Below, piece by piece: positions 26,963 through 35,861 of a DNA stretch of 64,000 nt. A program made the translations under genes and the position numbers. Position 1 is the stretch's first letter. The number at the start of each line of letters is the position of its first letter. Source of the stretch: Nocardioides sp. (lineage in GTDB: Bacteria > Actinomycetota > Actinomycetes > Propionibacteriales > Nocardioidaceae); assembly GCA_039812025.1 (NCBI GenBank), contig JBDHZS010000001.1:1429-65428 (forward strand). The letters run 5' to 3'. The notes under the pieces were generated by a model, which saw only the letters and a list, made by a program, of their open reading frames with translations, was not told the origin of the DNA and ran no database searches.

Positions 26963-27809
26963 GACTCTCACCGACCTGCTTGGCAACCGGATGAACGGGG
27001 GCGATCGACTCGACTGCATCCGCCAGGGCGTCATCGGCGAAGAGGTCGTCCAGGTTCTCGCCAGAGCAGAGCCTCAGCAGGACTCCGCGGGCGCGGTCGG
27101 TGCCCTGGTAGTCGACGCGCGGATCGCCCAGCACCACTCGCAGCATCGTGAGCCAGCCCTGTTGGTCGACGTCGAGCCACCCGGGGCCGTTGCCGTCGCG
27201 GCGCAGGGAGATGTACGCGGTCCTCGGGTCACCGCAGCGGTCGAGGCGTGCGGCGATGTACTCCAGGCCGAGCCGGGCGTCCCGTTCCGGCCAGCGCAGC
27301 TCCTCGAAGAACCTCACCGCGTCAGCGAGCGCGAAGAAGGCATTGGTCGGCTCGTCCTCGGGCTCGTCCGGCTTCGTCGCGTACGGGTCGGGCATCTTCG
27401 CGAAGAAGTGGAACGCCGGGTGGTAGTCGGCGATCTCGGAATCGCGATCGGCGAAGCGCTCGGCGTCGTGGTAGTCGAGGCCGGCTGTCTTTCGTGCTTG
27501 TCCGGTCGAGCAGAGCAGACCCTCGGCACGCGACTCGTAGATCAGCGTCAGCTCGACCGCGTGGGTCACGACGGCCCACGGGTCGTCGGCGACGCGGGTG
27601 GAGCGCATTCGCATCACGTCAAAGGCGGCGGCAGCGGCGTCGGTCGGCTCCATGCCGTACTTGTGGGCGAGCCCGGCGTACTTGTCCATCGTGTAAGTCA
27701 TCAGCTCGGCGGCTTCCGGGCTGGTCTGCCACGCGCGCCGTCCGGCGTAGGCGAGGTCGAGCAGGAGGAGCCGCAGCCCCTCGGCGGTTACGAAGGCGGG
27801 TTGGTTCAT
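26955..27809 (-). CDS. Hypothetical protein, possible sigma-70 region-2-like factor
   Basis: KYAGLAHKYGMEPTDAAAAAFDVMR...DDPWAVVTHAVELTLIYESR is reminiscent of ECF region 2; overlaps the parB-like start; function is inference. Confidence 0.6.
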   Translation of the reverse strand: MNQPAFVTAEGLRLLLLDLAYAGRRAWQTSPEAAELMTYTMDKYAGLAHKYGMEPTDAAAAAFDVMRMRSTRVADDPWAVVTHAVELTLIYESRAEGLLCSTGQARKTAGLDYHDAERFADRDSEIADYHPAFHFFAKMPDPYATKPDEPEDEPTNAFFALADAVRFFEELRWPERDARLGLEYIAARLDRCGDPRTAYISLRRDGNGPGWLDVDQQGWLTMLRVVLGDPRVDYQGTDRARGVLLRLCSGENLDDLFADDALADAVESIAPVHPVAKQVGESHV

Positions 27810-28180
27810 AGCCCAAGTCCTTCCTGGTCGGTGATGCTCGGGCTTGCCGTCTCAGGTCGAGCGATCGAGGTGCGAGTGACACGGCGCGACCCCTTGGAAA
27901 CGGCAGCGCCTGGGGTACGACGTGCGCGGCGGGTCAGCTCGGCCTGGAGGTCGATTCCGCGACGAACGAACTTCGAGCCGAGCAGGGTCGGCATCTCGCT
28001 GGGGCGCACCCAAGCCACGCTGGGCTGGGAACGTTCTGCCTCCTGCTTGGCCTCGGCCCTAGGCACGGAGGGGTCGCGATGCACGGCGAGAGCATCGATG
28101 GCCTTCTCAGCTTCGGGGGGCGGAGCAGGTTCAGGGAGGGTGCGGTCGAGGCGGCGCTCGTAGGGGTCTGGCGTGTTCAC
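27806..28180 (-). CDS. Hypothetical protein, 124 aa
   Basis: Overlap-coupled to both neighbours. Confidence 0.75.
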   Translation of the reverse strand: MNTPDPYERRLDRTLPEPAPPPEAEKAIDALAVHRDPSVPRAEAKQEAERSQPSVAWVRPSEMPTLLGSKFVRRGIDLQAELTRRARRTPGAAVSKGSRRVTRTSIARPETASPSITDQEGLGL

Positions 28181-29094
28181 AGTCCCACCGCCTCAACCGC
28201 GTTGGTAGGGCGCGACGGGTTCGCCGGCCCCAGTCGCGTCGCGATCCGGTACGCCGACCGGATGGTCGCCAGCGCCTCCCGCTCGGGAAGGCCAGCCGCG
28301 TACGCCGCCTCGCCGAGCAGGGATGTCGTGGTGCTGAGGTCATGGCCCTCCTCGGCCATCCGGCAGGCCGCCCAGAACAGGCCACCATTGCGGCCACCCT
28401 CCGGGCGGCAAGCCACCCAAGCGGCGAGCTTGTCCGGTCGAGCGCCGACGGCCGGGATGTCGGTCGGAGGCCGCATCGGCCGGGGTGGGTCGAGGAAGCC
28501 GCGCAGCCCGTTCGCGTCGACCGGCCACGGGTTGTGGTGCTCGGCGACCGCTATCTGCTGGTAGCTGCGGCTGACGCCGTCCTTGCCAGTGACCTGGGAT
28601 GGCGGGACGATGATGTAGCCGCCGTCACCCCGGAAGTCGATGTGCTTGCTCGGTACCTGCCATGAGCGTTGCTCGCGTTCGGATGTGCGCAGGAAGTAGG
28701 CGTGCAGGCCGCCCGACGGGGTGCGGACCAGCCAGGCCCAGCCCTCGACGAAGCCAGACCTTCGGGCGTGCTCGAAGGCGGCGAAGCCGGAGCCGGTCTT
28801 GTGGACGTCTACGTCGACCACGTCCACGCCACCGGCCGATCCGGTCGGTACACCGATGTTGGCGTCAGGGTGTCGGCGCCACCAGAAGTCGATAACGTCG
28901 AGTTCGGCGCTGGCGTCCTGGAAGCCGTGGGCGGTCAGCGGGCGCTTGCCGCCGGGGACGCATGGGAAGACCGGGATGCCGCTGGCTCCCAGATGCTCCG
29001 CCGCCGTCGCGAGATCCGGTGCGTTGACGATGTCGTTCAGGAGCCGCGGACTCCACCGGACTGTCGCGGCTCGCTGCTGATGCAACCGGCTCAT
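28177..29094 (-). CDS. Bifunctional primase/polymerase (Prim-Pol) domain protein
   Basis: VFPC.PGGKRP, ANIGVPTG, VVDVD, RTPSGGLHAYF, IDFRGDGGYIIVPPS, EGGRNGGLFWAAC. Confidence 0.92.
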   Translation of the reverse strand: MSRLHQQRAATVRWSPRLLNDIVNAPDLATAAEHLGASGIPVFPCVPGGKRPLTAHGFQDASAELDVIDFWWRRHPDANIGVPTGSAGGVDVVDVDVHKTGSGFAAFEHARRSGFVEGWAWLVRTPSGGLHAYFLRTSEREQRSWQVPSKHIDFRGDGGYIIVPPSQVTGKDGVSRSYQQIAVAEHHNPWPVDANGLRGFLDPPRPMRPPTDIPAVGARPDKLAAWVACRPEGGRNGGLFWAACRMAEEGHDLSTTTSLLGEAAYAAGLPEREALATIRSAYRIATRLGPANPSRPTNAVEAVGL

Positions 29095-29128
29095 GCGCTC
29101 GACTGTCCTCAGCCTGCGCACCAGAATT

Positions 29129-29336
29129 CGCCCCTCCTGAGAGCGCCCCTCCGAGGAGGGTCACAGGACGGGCACAGAGGTTCAGTCGGAGTTTTCGCAG
29201 GTCAAAGCCGTACTGGGGAGCGCCCCTCCGCGATCTGAAAAGAGTTTCGGGAGGTGCGTTGCACGGCCCGAAACGAGAGGGAGGGGCGCTGTCGTCTGAC
29301 ATCGGTGAGGCGCTCTCCGAGGTGGTTCGCCCCTCG
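29129..29336. repeat. Cluster of CGCCCCTCC iteron-like repeats
   Basis: Copies at 29129, 29144, 29221, inverted at 29280, degenerate at 29311 and 29328. Confidence 0.7.
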
Positions 29337-29392
29337 TCTGTCGTCACCGCATGAAACGATCGTGCTGACGACAGTTGGGTGAAAGGCAGTTC

Positions 29393-31252
29393 ATGGCGGG
29401 CGGTTACGAGAAGGCGATCACGATCGAGTCGGCGATCAAGAACATCGCGGAGCGCCGCTACCTCCTGCCGTCGATCCAGCGGAAGTTCACGTGGGACATG
29501 GGTCAGGTGTGCCGACTCTTCGACTCGGTCATGCAGCACTACCCGGTCAACAGTCTGATGCTCTGGAAGGTCAACTCGGCCGAGGTCCGCGAAGGCTTCC
29601 GGTTCTACGAGTTCCTGACCAAGTACGTCGAGCGCTTCGCCGAGAACAATCCGGACTTCGACACGAAGGGCTGGGGCGAGTTCCACGCCGTCATCGACGG
29701 CCAACAGCGTCTGACCTCTCTGTACATCGGACTCAAGGGGACCTACGCAGTCAAGAAGCACCGCGTGTGGTGGCCGAGGGCCTATGACCCGGCCGTACTG
29801 CCGCCCCGCACGCTTTACCTCAACCTCGCCGCGCCGCTCGACCCCGAGCGCAACGACGACCAGTTGACCTACGATTTCCAGTTCCTCACCGCCGAAGGTC
29901 TCGCCAAGAAGCCGGCCGACGCAGAGAACCTTTGGTTCGAGGTGGGGCAGATCCTCCAGTTCCCGACTGTCGAGACCAACGATGAGATCGTCGATCACGT
30001 CATGGACTACCTCGAAGAGGTGGGGCACGGAAGGAACCAGTTCGCACGCAAGACACTCAGCCGTCTCTACTACGCGATCCGTCGCGAGGAAGTCCTGAAC
30101 TACTTCGTCGAGGAAAGCCAGGACATCGGCCGGGTCCTCGACATCTTCATCCGCACCAACGAGGGCGGCACGCCTCTTCGGTTCTCTGACCTGCTGATGT
30201 CGATCATGTCCGCCAACTGGGAGGACGCCCGTGACCGGGTAGACGAGCTTGTGAACCTCGTTCGTACCGAGTTCGGCTTCTCGATCGACCGCGACCTCGT
30301 CATGAAGGCCGCAGTAATGATCACCGACGCCGATGTCCGCTTCCAAGCACGCAACTTCGATGCATCCAACGTGGCGAAGATCCGCGATGCCTGGGACGAC
30401 ATCCGAGACGCGCTCGTCGAGTCGTTCCGCATGATCGCCTCGTTCGGACTCAATGACGCATCCCTCCGTGCCAAGAACGCTGTGCTCCCCATCGCCTACT
30501 ACCTCTTCCACAAGGGACGGAACACATCGTCAGGTGCGCGGGGCCTATTCACCACCATCAACAAGCCGATTTCCCACCGAAGCGAGCGCACCAAGATGCG
30601 GCAGTGGCTGCTGATGTCGCTGCTTCGCACCGTATTCGGTCGTGCAGCAGACTCCCTGCTCACCAGCCTGCGACGAGTGATCCGCGACAACATCGACGAC
30701 CCCGACGGGTTCCCGCTCGACAAGATCCTGGCGGGCTACAGAGGAACCGCGCGCGACCTCACGTTCGATGACGTCTTCGTCGAACGCCTGCTTGTCACGC
30801 AGAAGGATGACCCCAACTGCTACTCGATCCTCGCGCTGCTCCAGCCCGACGTCGATATCCAGCAGATCCTCCATGCCGACCACCTGCACCCGGCGGCTGA
30901 CTTTGGCAAGGACCGCTTGGACAAGCGTGACTTCCTCGGAGACAGTCCCGGACTTCGTGCCTTCTACGAAGACCGAGAGAACTGGAACGGCGTCAGCAAC
31001 CTCTGGCTACTGACGGAGAGTGAGAACACCTCCAAGCAGGACAAGCCTCTCAAGGATTGGCTGGAGCCCCGGCTCGGCAAGACCACGCTCGACCCGCTTA
31101 TCCCGCCGGGCACTAGTCTCGACTTCAGGGACTACAAGGACTTCATCGAGCAGCGACGCGCCTTCCTCAAGACGAAGCTCGAAGGACTCGTTGGCGCCAA
31201 GACGGTCGTCGCGGCGTCGGTCCCGCTTGAACCCGTTGACACCGACTTATAG
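29393..31252 (+). CDS. GmrSD-like type IV restriction protein (DUF262 plus DUF1524-like HNH)
   Basis: LPSIQRKFTW, IDGQQRLTSL, FIRTNEGG; DHLHP...NLWLL...N. Confidence 0.9.
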   Translation: MAGGYEKAITIESAIKNIAERRYLLPSIQRKFTWDMGQVCRLFDSVMQHYPVNSLMLWKVNSAEVREGFRFYEFLTKYVERFAENNPDFDTKGWGEFHAVIDGQQRLTSLYIGLKGTYAVKKHRVWWPRAYDPAVLPPRTLYLNLAAPLDPERNDDQLTYDFQFLTAEGLAKKPADAENLWFEVGQILQFPTVETNDEIVDHVMDYLEEVGHGRNQFARKTLSRLYYAIRREEVLNYFVEESQDIGRVLDIFIRTNEGGTPLRFSDLLMSIMSANWEDARDRVDELVNLVRTEFGFSIDRDLVMKAAVMITDADVRFQARNFDASNVAKIRDAWDDIRDALVESFRMIASFGLNDASLRAKNAVLPIAYYLFHKGRNTSSGARGLFTTINKPISHRSERTKMRQWLLMSLLRTVFGRAADSLLTSLRRVIRDNIDDPDGFPLDKILAGYRGTARDLTFDDVFVERLLVTQKDDPNCYSILALLQPDVDIQQILHADHLHPAADFGKDRLDKRDFLGDSPGLRAFYEDRENWNGVSNLWLLTESENTSKQDKPLKDWLEPRLGKTTLDPLIPPGTSLDFRDYKDFIEQRRAFLKTKLEGLVGAKTVVAASVPLEPVDTDL

Positions 31253-31271
31253 GCGTCGACGCTGGTCGTAG

Positions 31272-34200
31272 TCAGCCCTTCGTTGAAGGAGGTCTTCCCG
31301 TCCATCCGTTGCTCTCCGCGACCCTCGCGGTTCTACTGGGAGGGTCGATGGGCGGGAGGTGGTCGTCGGTTCGGTTAAAGACGTCGTCGTTGAGCAGTTT
31401 CTCGGCGTCCTCGCCGTGGCCCTCGGTGGCGGCGACCTTCACAAGGTCGAGGCGGCAGATGTCGTCGTAGGGCGCTGCCTCGCATGCGGTCTCGGCGACC
31501 TCACGGGCGTAGTCGACATCGCCCTTGGCGAGCGCATCGACCACGAGGATGTGTGCGGTGTCGACGATGGCGCAGCCGACCGTCTCGTGGACGCGTTCGG
31601 TGTCGAGCAACCAACTCCAGCCCTTCGCGCGCAACAGGCTGAACGGCATCCCCTGGACGAGCGACATGGCCGTCTTCAGATCCTCGATGCCCTCCGCGCC
31701 GCGAGCCTCACCGCGAGTACGCAGCCGTCGGAACAGGTCGAGGTCAACCAGCACGTCGAGGACTTGGTAGGTCTTCACACCGGATTCGTGGTACGCCGGC
31801 GACTCATTCGCGGCTGGCAGATAGGGAGTCTTCGTCCGAGGGTTCGTCCCGAGCCAGTCGCGCAGCGCACTGACGTCCGTGCGTGCCCGTGACGCGGCGA
31901 TACCGAAATTGTCGGAGATCTCATTGGCGGTCGCGCCTTTGGGGTGCAACGCCAGGTACGCGAGGATCTCGACGATGTACGGGCGTCGCTTCAGGATGAT
32001 CGGCTTGACGATGCCGAAGGCTTCGGCGTTGACGGCGCCCAACAGGGTCAGACGGGGGCGCTGGCTCTCCGAGCTGAACCAGTCGGCCACGTCCTCATCG
32101 AGCGTGGGGTCGGCCTCCTCGACGGTGCGGCGGACCTGCTCGGGGACGACCGGGGCCAGGGCCTCGACGTCCTCGACGGTTGTCGCGGCTGCTTCGACGT
32201 ACTCCTCGGCCGCCTCGGGTAGCAGAGAGCCGTCGCCCGCCGGGCCTTCCTCGCGGACGTGGGTCAGTTCCTCGCGTAGTGCGCCTGCCTGGTCGGCGAG
32301 GGCACGCCAGCCGTCGGCGACCTGCTCGAAGGGTGGAACCTTGACCGGCTCGCTCTCACGTGTGAGGTCGACGATGGCGGCGCACGCCTTCGCCTCCTCG
32401 CTGGTCAGCCCGGCGGCTTGGAGGTCGAGTCCGAGGACGGGCGCAGTCAGCCGCCCGGTGTGGTCGACGTCGAAGACCGTCGACTCGGGGATGGGTGCGG
32501 CCAGCGAGACCAGTGCCGCGCCGACTCTTGAGGAGGGCGCGGCAAGGAGGGGCGCAAGGTCGGCTGTCCCGTCGCCGGCGGTGATGACGGCCCGATACGG
32601 GTCGGGGTCCCCCCAGCCGTGCTCCAGCGAGGTCGTCACGTCACGCACGAACCCGGGCACGACCTGCTCGCCGTCGATGTGGTGGCGCAGACGCAGGGTG
32701 TCGAGCGGGGCAAGTTCCTCGCCGAGTCCGATGACGTTCACTTCCACGACGGTCGACCACGGGTTGAGCGCCAGCTCGGCCGCGATGTGCCGGGCCAACG
32801 CCTTGCCCCGCACTGGGTCGCCCGCGAGCGCCACGACACCGAGATGCTCCAGGTTCACCAGGTGAAGCCCGTCGTCGTCCTGCCCGACGGTGACGAGCAA
32901 CGGGTACGGCGGGAGCACGTCGCCGCGCTCGGGCATGGTTTGACCGAGCGTGAGGGACCACTCGGAGCCTGCGCCCGTCCACGGCCCCGGCAGGTCGGCA
33001 TCCTCGGCAAGGTGCAGGGCCACCGTGTCTTTGGCGAGGGTGGCGGTGACGACGTGGGGCAGCGCCCGTCCTGCGTCGGAGCATTCGCCGGCCAGGTGCA
33101 ACAGCGCCCGGTCGAGATCCTCAATGGTCGCCATGAGCGGCGCACCGGACACGAACGCTGTCTTTTCGACCGCGCGCAGTTCCTCGGGCGGAGCGGCGAT
33201 GGTCTGGCCGGGCCGACGGTAGCGGAGCTGGGTGTTGCGATGGGCGCGTACGGCGAGCAGGACCAGCCCAGCGAGGATCGCGCCCGCCCCGGTCAGACCC
33301 GGAAGCAGCCAGCCGGGGGCTGACGACTCCACATCGTCGGCATCGTCAACGGCAGCAACCTCAGGCTCCGCCTCTGGTTCGGCGGCGGCCGTGGGGTCTG
33401 GCGTCGGCTCGACGGAGGGCGTCTCGACCGGAGGTTCATCCTCGACAGGCGGCACCGCCTCGGCGGGAGGTTTCTCGGGCACCTCGGCCCTGTGCTTGGC
33501 CTGCCCGGGGATGGTGATCTCCCAGCCTGGCCGGATCAGATCGGGATCGGTCAACGTGGCCCCGTCGGGCTGCACGGTGTCCCGCGACGCCTCGAAGAGC
33601 TCCGGGTAGCGCATCGGGTCGCCGAGCTTGTCCTCGGCGATCTCCGACAACGTGTCGCCGGGCTGCACGACGTACTCCTCGGCCTGGCGATGGCCGTCGA
33701 CCTCGGTGACCTCGTGCGGCACCTTCAGCACAGTGCCCGAGACGATGAAGTCGGGCCGACCGTTGAGCACGTCCTTGTTCAGTTCGACGATCTCGGTGAA
33801 CCGGGTGCCATCGCCGAGCAAGCGCTCCGCGATCTTCCACAGACTGTCGCCGCGCTTGACCGTGTAGTCGATGGTCGACTGCTGCTTGGTCGGTGCCTCG
33901 GCAGCAAGGAGGGGCGCAGCTTCGGGCAGGACGGGCGCAGTCGTTTCGACCGCGAGCCGAGGAGCTTCGAGGACGGGCGCAGCCGCAGCGGCGTGGGCGG
34001 GTGGAGCTGGGAATGCTGCGACGACGGTCGGCGCTGCAACGAACAGGAGCGCCGCGACGGCGACGAGCTGTCCGACCGCACGCTGGGGAGCCCCGAGACC
34101 GGGCAGCGACGGTGTCGGCAGCCCCCGTACCTGCGAGATCACTTCGAGCAGCACCGAGACAGCGACGAACGCCCACGCGACCCAGGCGACGGCCGCGATG

Positions 34201-34382
34201 ACGACCATCGCGAGTGTGCCGTCGTCCGGGCTGGTCAACAGGGTCCGCAGCTCGTCCAGGTGTGCCTGCCACGGGGCCGCACCGATGGCGATGAGGAGGA
34301 ACGGCACTCCGGCGACGAGCAGCAGGATGAGCAGGGTGGCCGCGAGACCTTGGAGTCGCTGGGCGAGAGTGGGCTGGTTCAT
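31272..34382 (-). CDS. Membrane protein with two LysM domains and C-terminal wHTH/BTAD region
   Basis: N-terminal TMs, YTVKRGDSLWKIAE, YVVQPGDTLSEIA, TM, then EILAYLALHPKG...VSALRDWLG, DLDLFRRL, AMSLVQG.PF. Confidence 0.88.
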   Translation of the reverse strand: MNQPTLAQRLQGLAATLLILLLVAGVPFLLIAIGAAPWQAHLDELRTLLTSPDDGTLAMVVIAAVAWVAWAFVAVSVLLEVISQVRGLPTPSLPGLGAPQRAVGQLVAVAALLFVAAPTVVAAFPAPPAHAAAAAPVLEAPRLAVETTAPVLPEAAPLLAAEAPTKQQSTIDYTVKRGDSLWKIAERLLGDGTRFTEIVELNKDVLNGRPDFIVSGTVLKVPHEVTEVDGHRQAEEYVVQPGDTLSEIAEDKLGDPMRYPELFEASRDTVQPDGATLTDPDLIRPGWEITIPGQAKHRAEVPEKPPAEAVPPVEDEPPVETPSVEPTPDPTAAAEPEAEPEVAAVDDADDVESSAPGWLLPGLTGAGAILAGLVLLAVRAHRNTQLRYRRPGQTIAAPPEELRAVEKTAFVSGAPLMATIEDLDRALLHLAGECSDAGRALPHVVTATLAKDTVALHLAEDADLPGPWTGAGSEWSLTLGQTMPERGDVLPPYPLLVTVGQDDDGLHLVNLEHLGVVALAGDPVRGKALARHIAAELALNPWSTVVEVNVIGLGEELAPLDTLRLRHHIDGEQVVPGFVRDVTTSLEHGWGDPDPYRAVITAGDGTADLAPLLAAPSSRVGAALVSLAAPIPESTVFDVDHTGRLTAPVLGLDLQAAGLTSEEAKACAAIVDLTRESEPVKVPPFEQVADGWRALADQAGALREELTHVREEGPAGDGSLLPEAAEEYVEAAATTVEDVEALAPVVPEQVRRTVEEADPTLDEDVADWFSSESQRPRLTLLGAVNAEAFGIVKPIILKRRPYIVEILAYLALHPKGATANEISDNFGIAASRARTDVSALRDWLGTNPRTKTPYLPAANESPAYHESGVKTYQVLDVLVDLDLFRRLRTRGEARGAEGIEDLKTAMSLVQGMPFSLLRAKGWSWLLDTERVHETVGCAIVDTAHILVVDALAKGDVDYAREVAETACEAAPYDDICRLDLVKVAATEGHGEDAEKLLNDDVFNRTDDHLPPIDPPSRTARVAESNGWTGRPPSTKG

Positions 34383-34804
34383 TGTTCGCTCCCTCCAAGG
34401 CTGCGGATCAGTCGTGCTGAGGCATGGCTGGTGACGGTGAGGTCGCCGATGCCGATGAAGCCCAGGAACTTCGGGCTGTAGGTGTCGGTCACGTTCACCG
34501 CGATGGTGTCGCCGCCGGTGATGGTCACGGTGCCGGTGACGCCGGAGGCGGAGAGATAGTCCTCGGCGGCGTTGCGGGCTGCGACTGCGTCGACCGCGAC
34601 GTACTGCCCTTGGATCGCGGGAGCGGCCTGAACCTGTTCGCCGCCCGTCCTGGCGGCTTCGGCGGCGACGTTGTGGGCCCGCTGCTTGGCGTGGATCTGT
34701 CCACCGAGGTCGACCGCCAGCCCGACGAGGATCATCATCACGAAGCTCGACACCGCCAGCCAGATGCTGATGGAGCCGCGTTCGTCGCGAGTACGTCGCT
34801 TCAT
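34379..34804 (-). CDS. TadG/TadE-like pseudopilin
   Basis: RDERGSISIW + hydrophobic helix + GLAVDLG. Confidence 0.85.
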   Translation of the reverse strand: MKRRTRDERGSISIWLAVSSFVMMILVGLAVDLGGQIHAKQRAHNVAAEAARTGGEQVQAAPAIQGQYVAVDAVAARNAAEDYLSASGVTGTVTITGGDTIAVNVTDTYSPKFLGFIGIGDLTVTSHASARLIRSLGGSEQ

Positions 34805-35235
34805 CCGCGCTCCCTGAAGGTGTCCAACGGCGAGGTGCTGGTGGCCTTGATCAGGCGACTCCCTGGGACTCCGGGCACGGACAGGTCGCCCAGGTCGAGA
34901 AGGCATTCCACGGTGGCGGAGACCGAGCCGGCCTGCCCGACGCTCTTGGCGAAGTCGGAGACGTCGACGGTCACGGTGACGCTCAGGCAGCGGATGTCCT
35001 GGTTGGCGAGGCTCGACTCTGCTGCGGTCTTGGCGTCGGACTTGGCCGCGGCCGCCGTACGTGCGATCGAGGCGGAGCGGGCGGCGTCGGCGGCGGCGGA
35101 CTCGACGGCCGAGTGGGTGGTGGCGGTGCGGCCACCGAAGATGATGAGCCCGACGAACAGCACGAAGGCGGGCACGCCGACAACGGCCTCGACCGCCGCC
35201 GAGCCGCGCTCGTCCCTCACGCGTCGCCGGAACAT
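34801..35235 (-). CDS. tadE: TadE-like pseudopilin
   Basis: RDERG|SAAVE prepilin motif, AAADAARSAS. Confidence 0.88.
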   Translation of the reverse strand: MFRRRVRDERGSAAVEAVVGVPAFVLFVGLIIFGGRTATTHSAVESAAADAARSASIARTAAAAKSDAKTAAESSLANQDIRCLSVTVTVDVSDFAKSVGQAGSVSATVECLLDLGDLSVPGVPGSRLIKATSTSPLDTFRERG

Positions 35236-35639
35236 CACGGAGCCGTGACTCTCTCCACCGGAAGCGAGGCCGAGTGGACGATCACGGGATTCCACCCAGG
35301 GATGACGCTCAGACTGTGCCCTCGAACTGTCACGGTGACCGTGGTCGCGGTGCGGTTGGCCGTCGCGGTCGCATCCGGCAACACGTCGTCGCCACCGGCT
35401 TCGTCGACGAACGAGGAGGCGGCCGAGACGCCGTCGGCCTCCTTGCCGTTCTCGCCTCCGGCGGCCTTGGCGCCCTCTTGCGCGGCGGCGATCGCCACCG
35501 TTCGGGCGTGGTAGAACAGCGCGGCCTGCATCCCGAGGAACATGACCGCGAAGAGAGCGGGCAGCAGGATGACCAGCTCGATGGAGACCGAGCCGCGTTC
35601 GTCCTGCCGCCTATTTGATCTGGCCCGCTTGGCTTTCAA
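35235..35639 (-). CDS. tadE: TadE-like pseudopilin (start uncertain)
   Basis: QDERG|SVSIE motif, AAAQEGA. Confidence 0.82.
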   Translation of the reverse strand: MKAKRARSNRRQDERGSVSIELVILLPALFAVMFLGMQAALFYHARTVAIAAAQEGAKAAGGENGKEADGVSAASSFVDEAGGDDVLPDATATANRTATTVTVTVRGHSLSVIPGWNPVIVHSASLPVERVTAP

Positions 35640-35799
35640 CGTAAGCCTTGATCGCAGCGACCACGATGCCGACGATGGCGATGACGGCCACCGCCCAGAG
35701 CACGTGCTCGGTGGTGACGGAGCCTCGTTCGTCGCGGGCACGCAGACGCGCATCGACTCTCAAATGGAGCGTGAGCAGGAGGGCGAGCAATCGGTTCAT
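35611..35799 (-). CDS. flp: Flp-type major pilin
   Basis: 62 aa, RDERG|SVTTEH plus hydrophobic helix; GAAAGGA RBS. Confidence 0.82.
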   Translation of the reverse strand: MNRLLALLLTLHLRVDARLRARDERGSVTTEHVLWAVAVIAIVGIVVAAIKAYVESQAGQIK

Positions 35800-35861
35800 A
35801 GGGGCTTCTTCCTTTCGTTGATGAGTTCCCTTTCTCGGTGGTTAGGTGGGGGTCGTAAGTG

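Noticed and set aside
29504-29512. Exact GCACACCTG on the minus strand inside the DUF262 gene
   Set aside because: About 400 bp from the nearest co-oriented start and inside cargo coding sequence; treated as a chance hit
33900-33985. GGAGGGGCGC and GGACGGGCGCAG copies resembling the iteron and second motifs
   Set aside because: Explained by repeated AAPVL/TAPVL/AAPLL peptides in the LysM protein linker
34257-34265. Exact GCACACCTG inside the LysM-BTAD gene
   Set aside because: Encodes AHL within the CDS; no downstream operon start; chance hit
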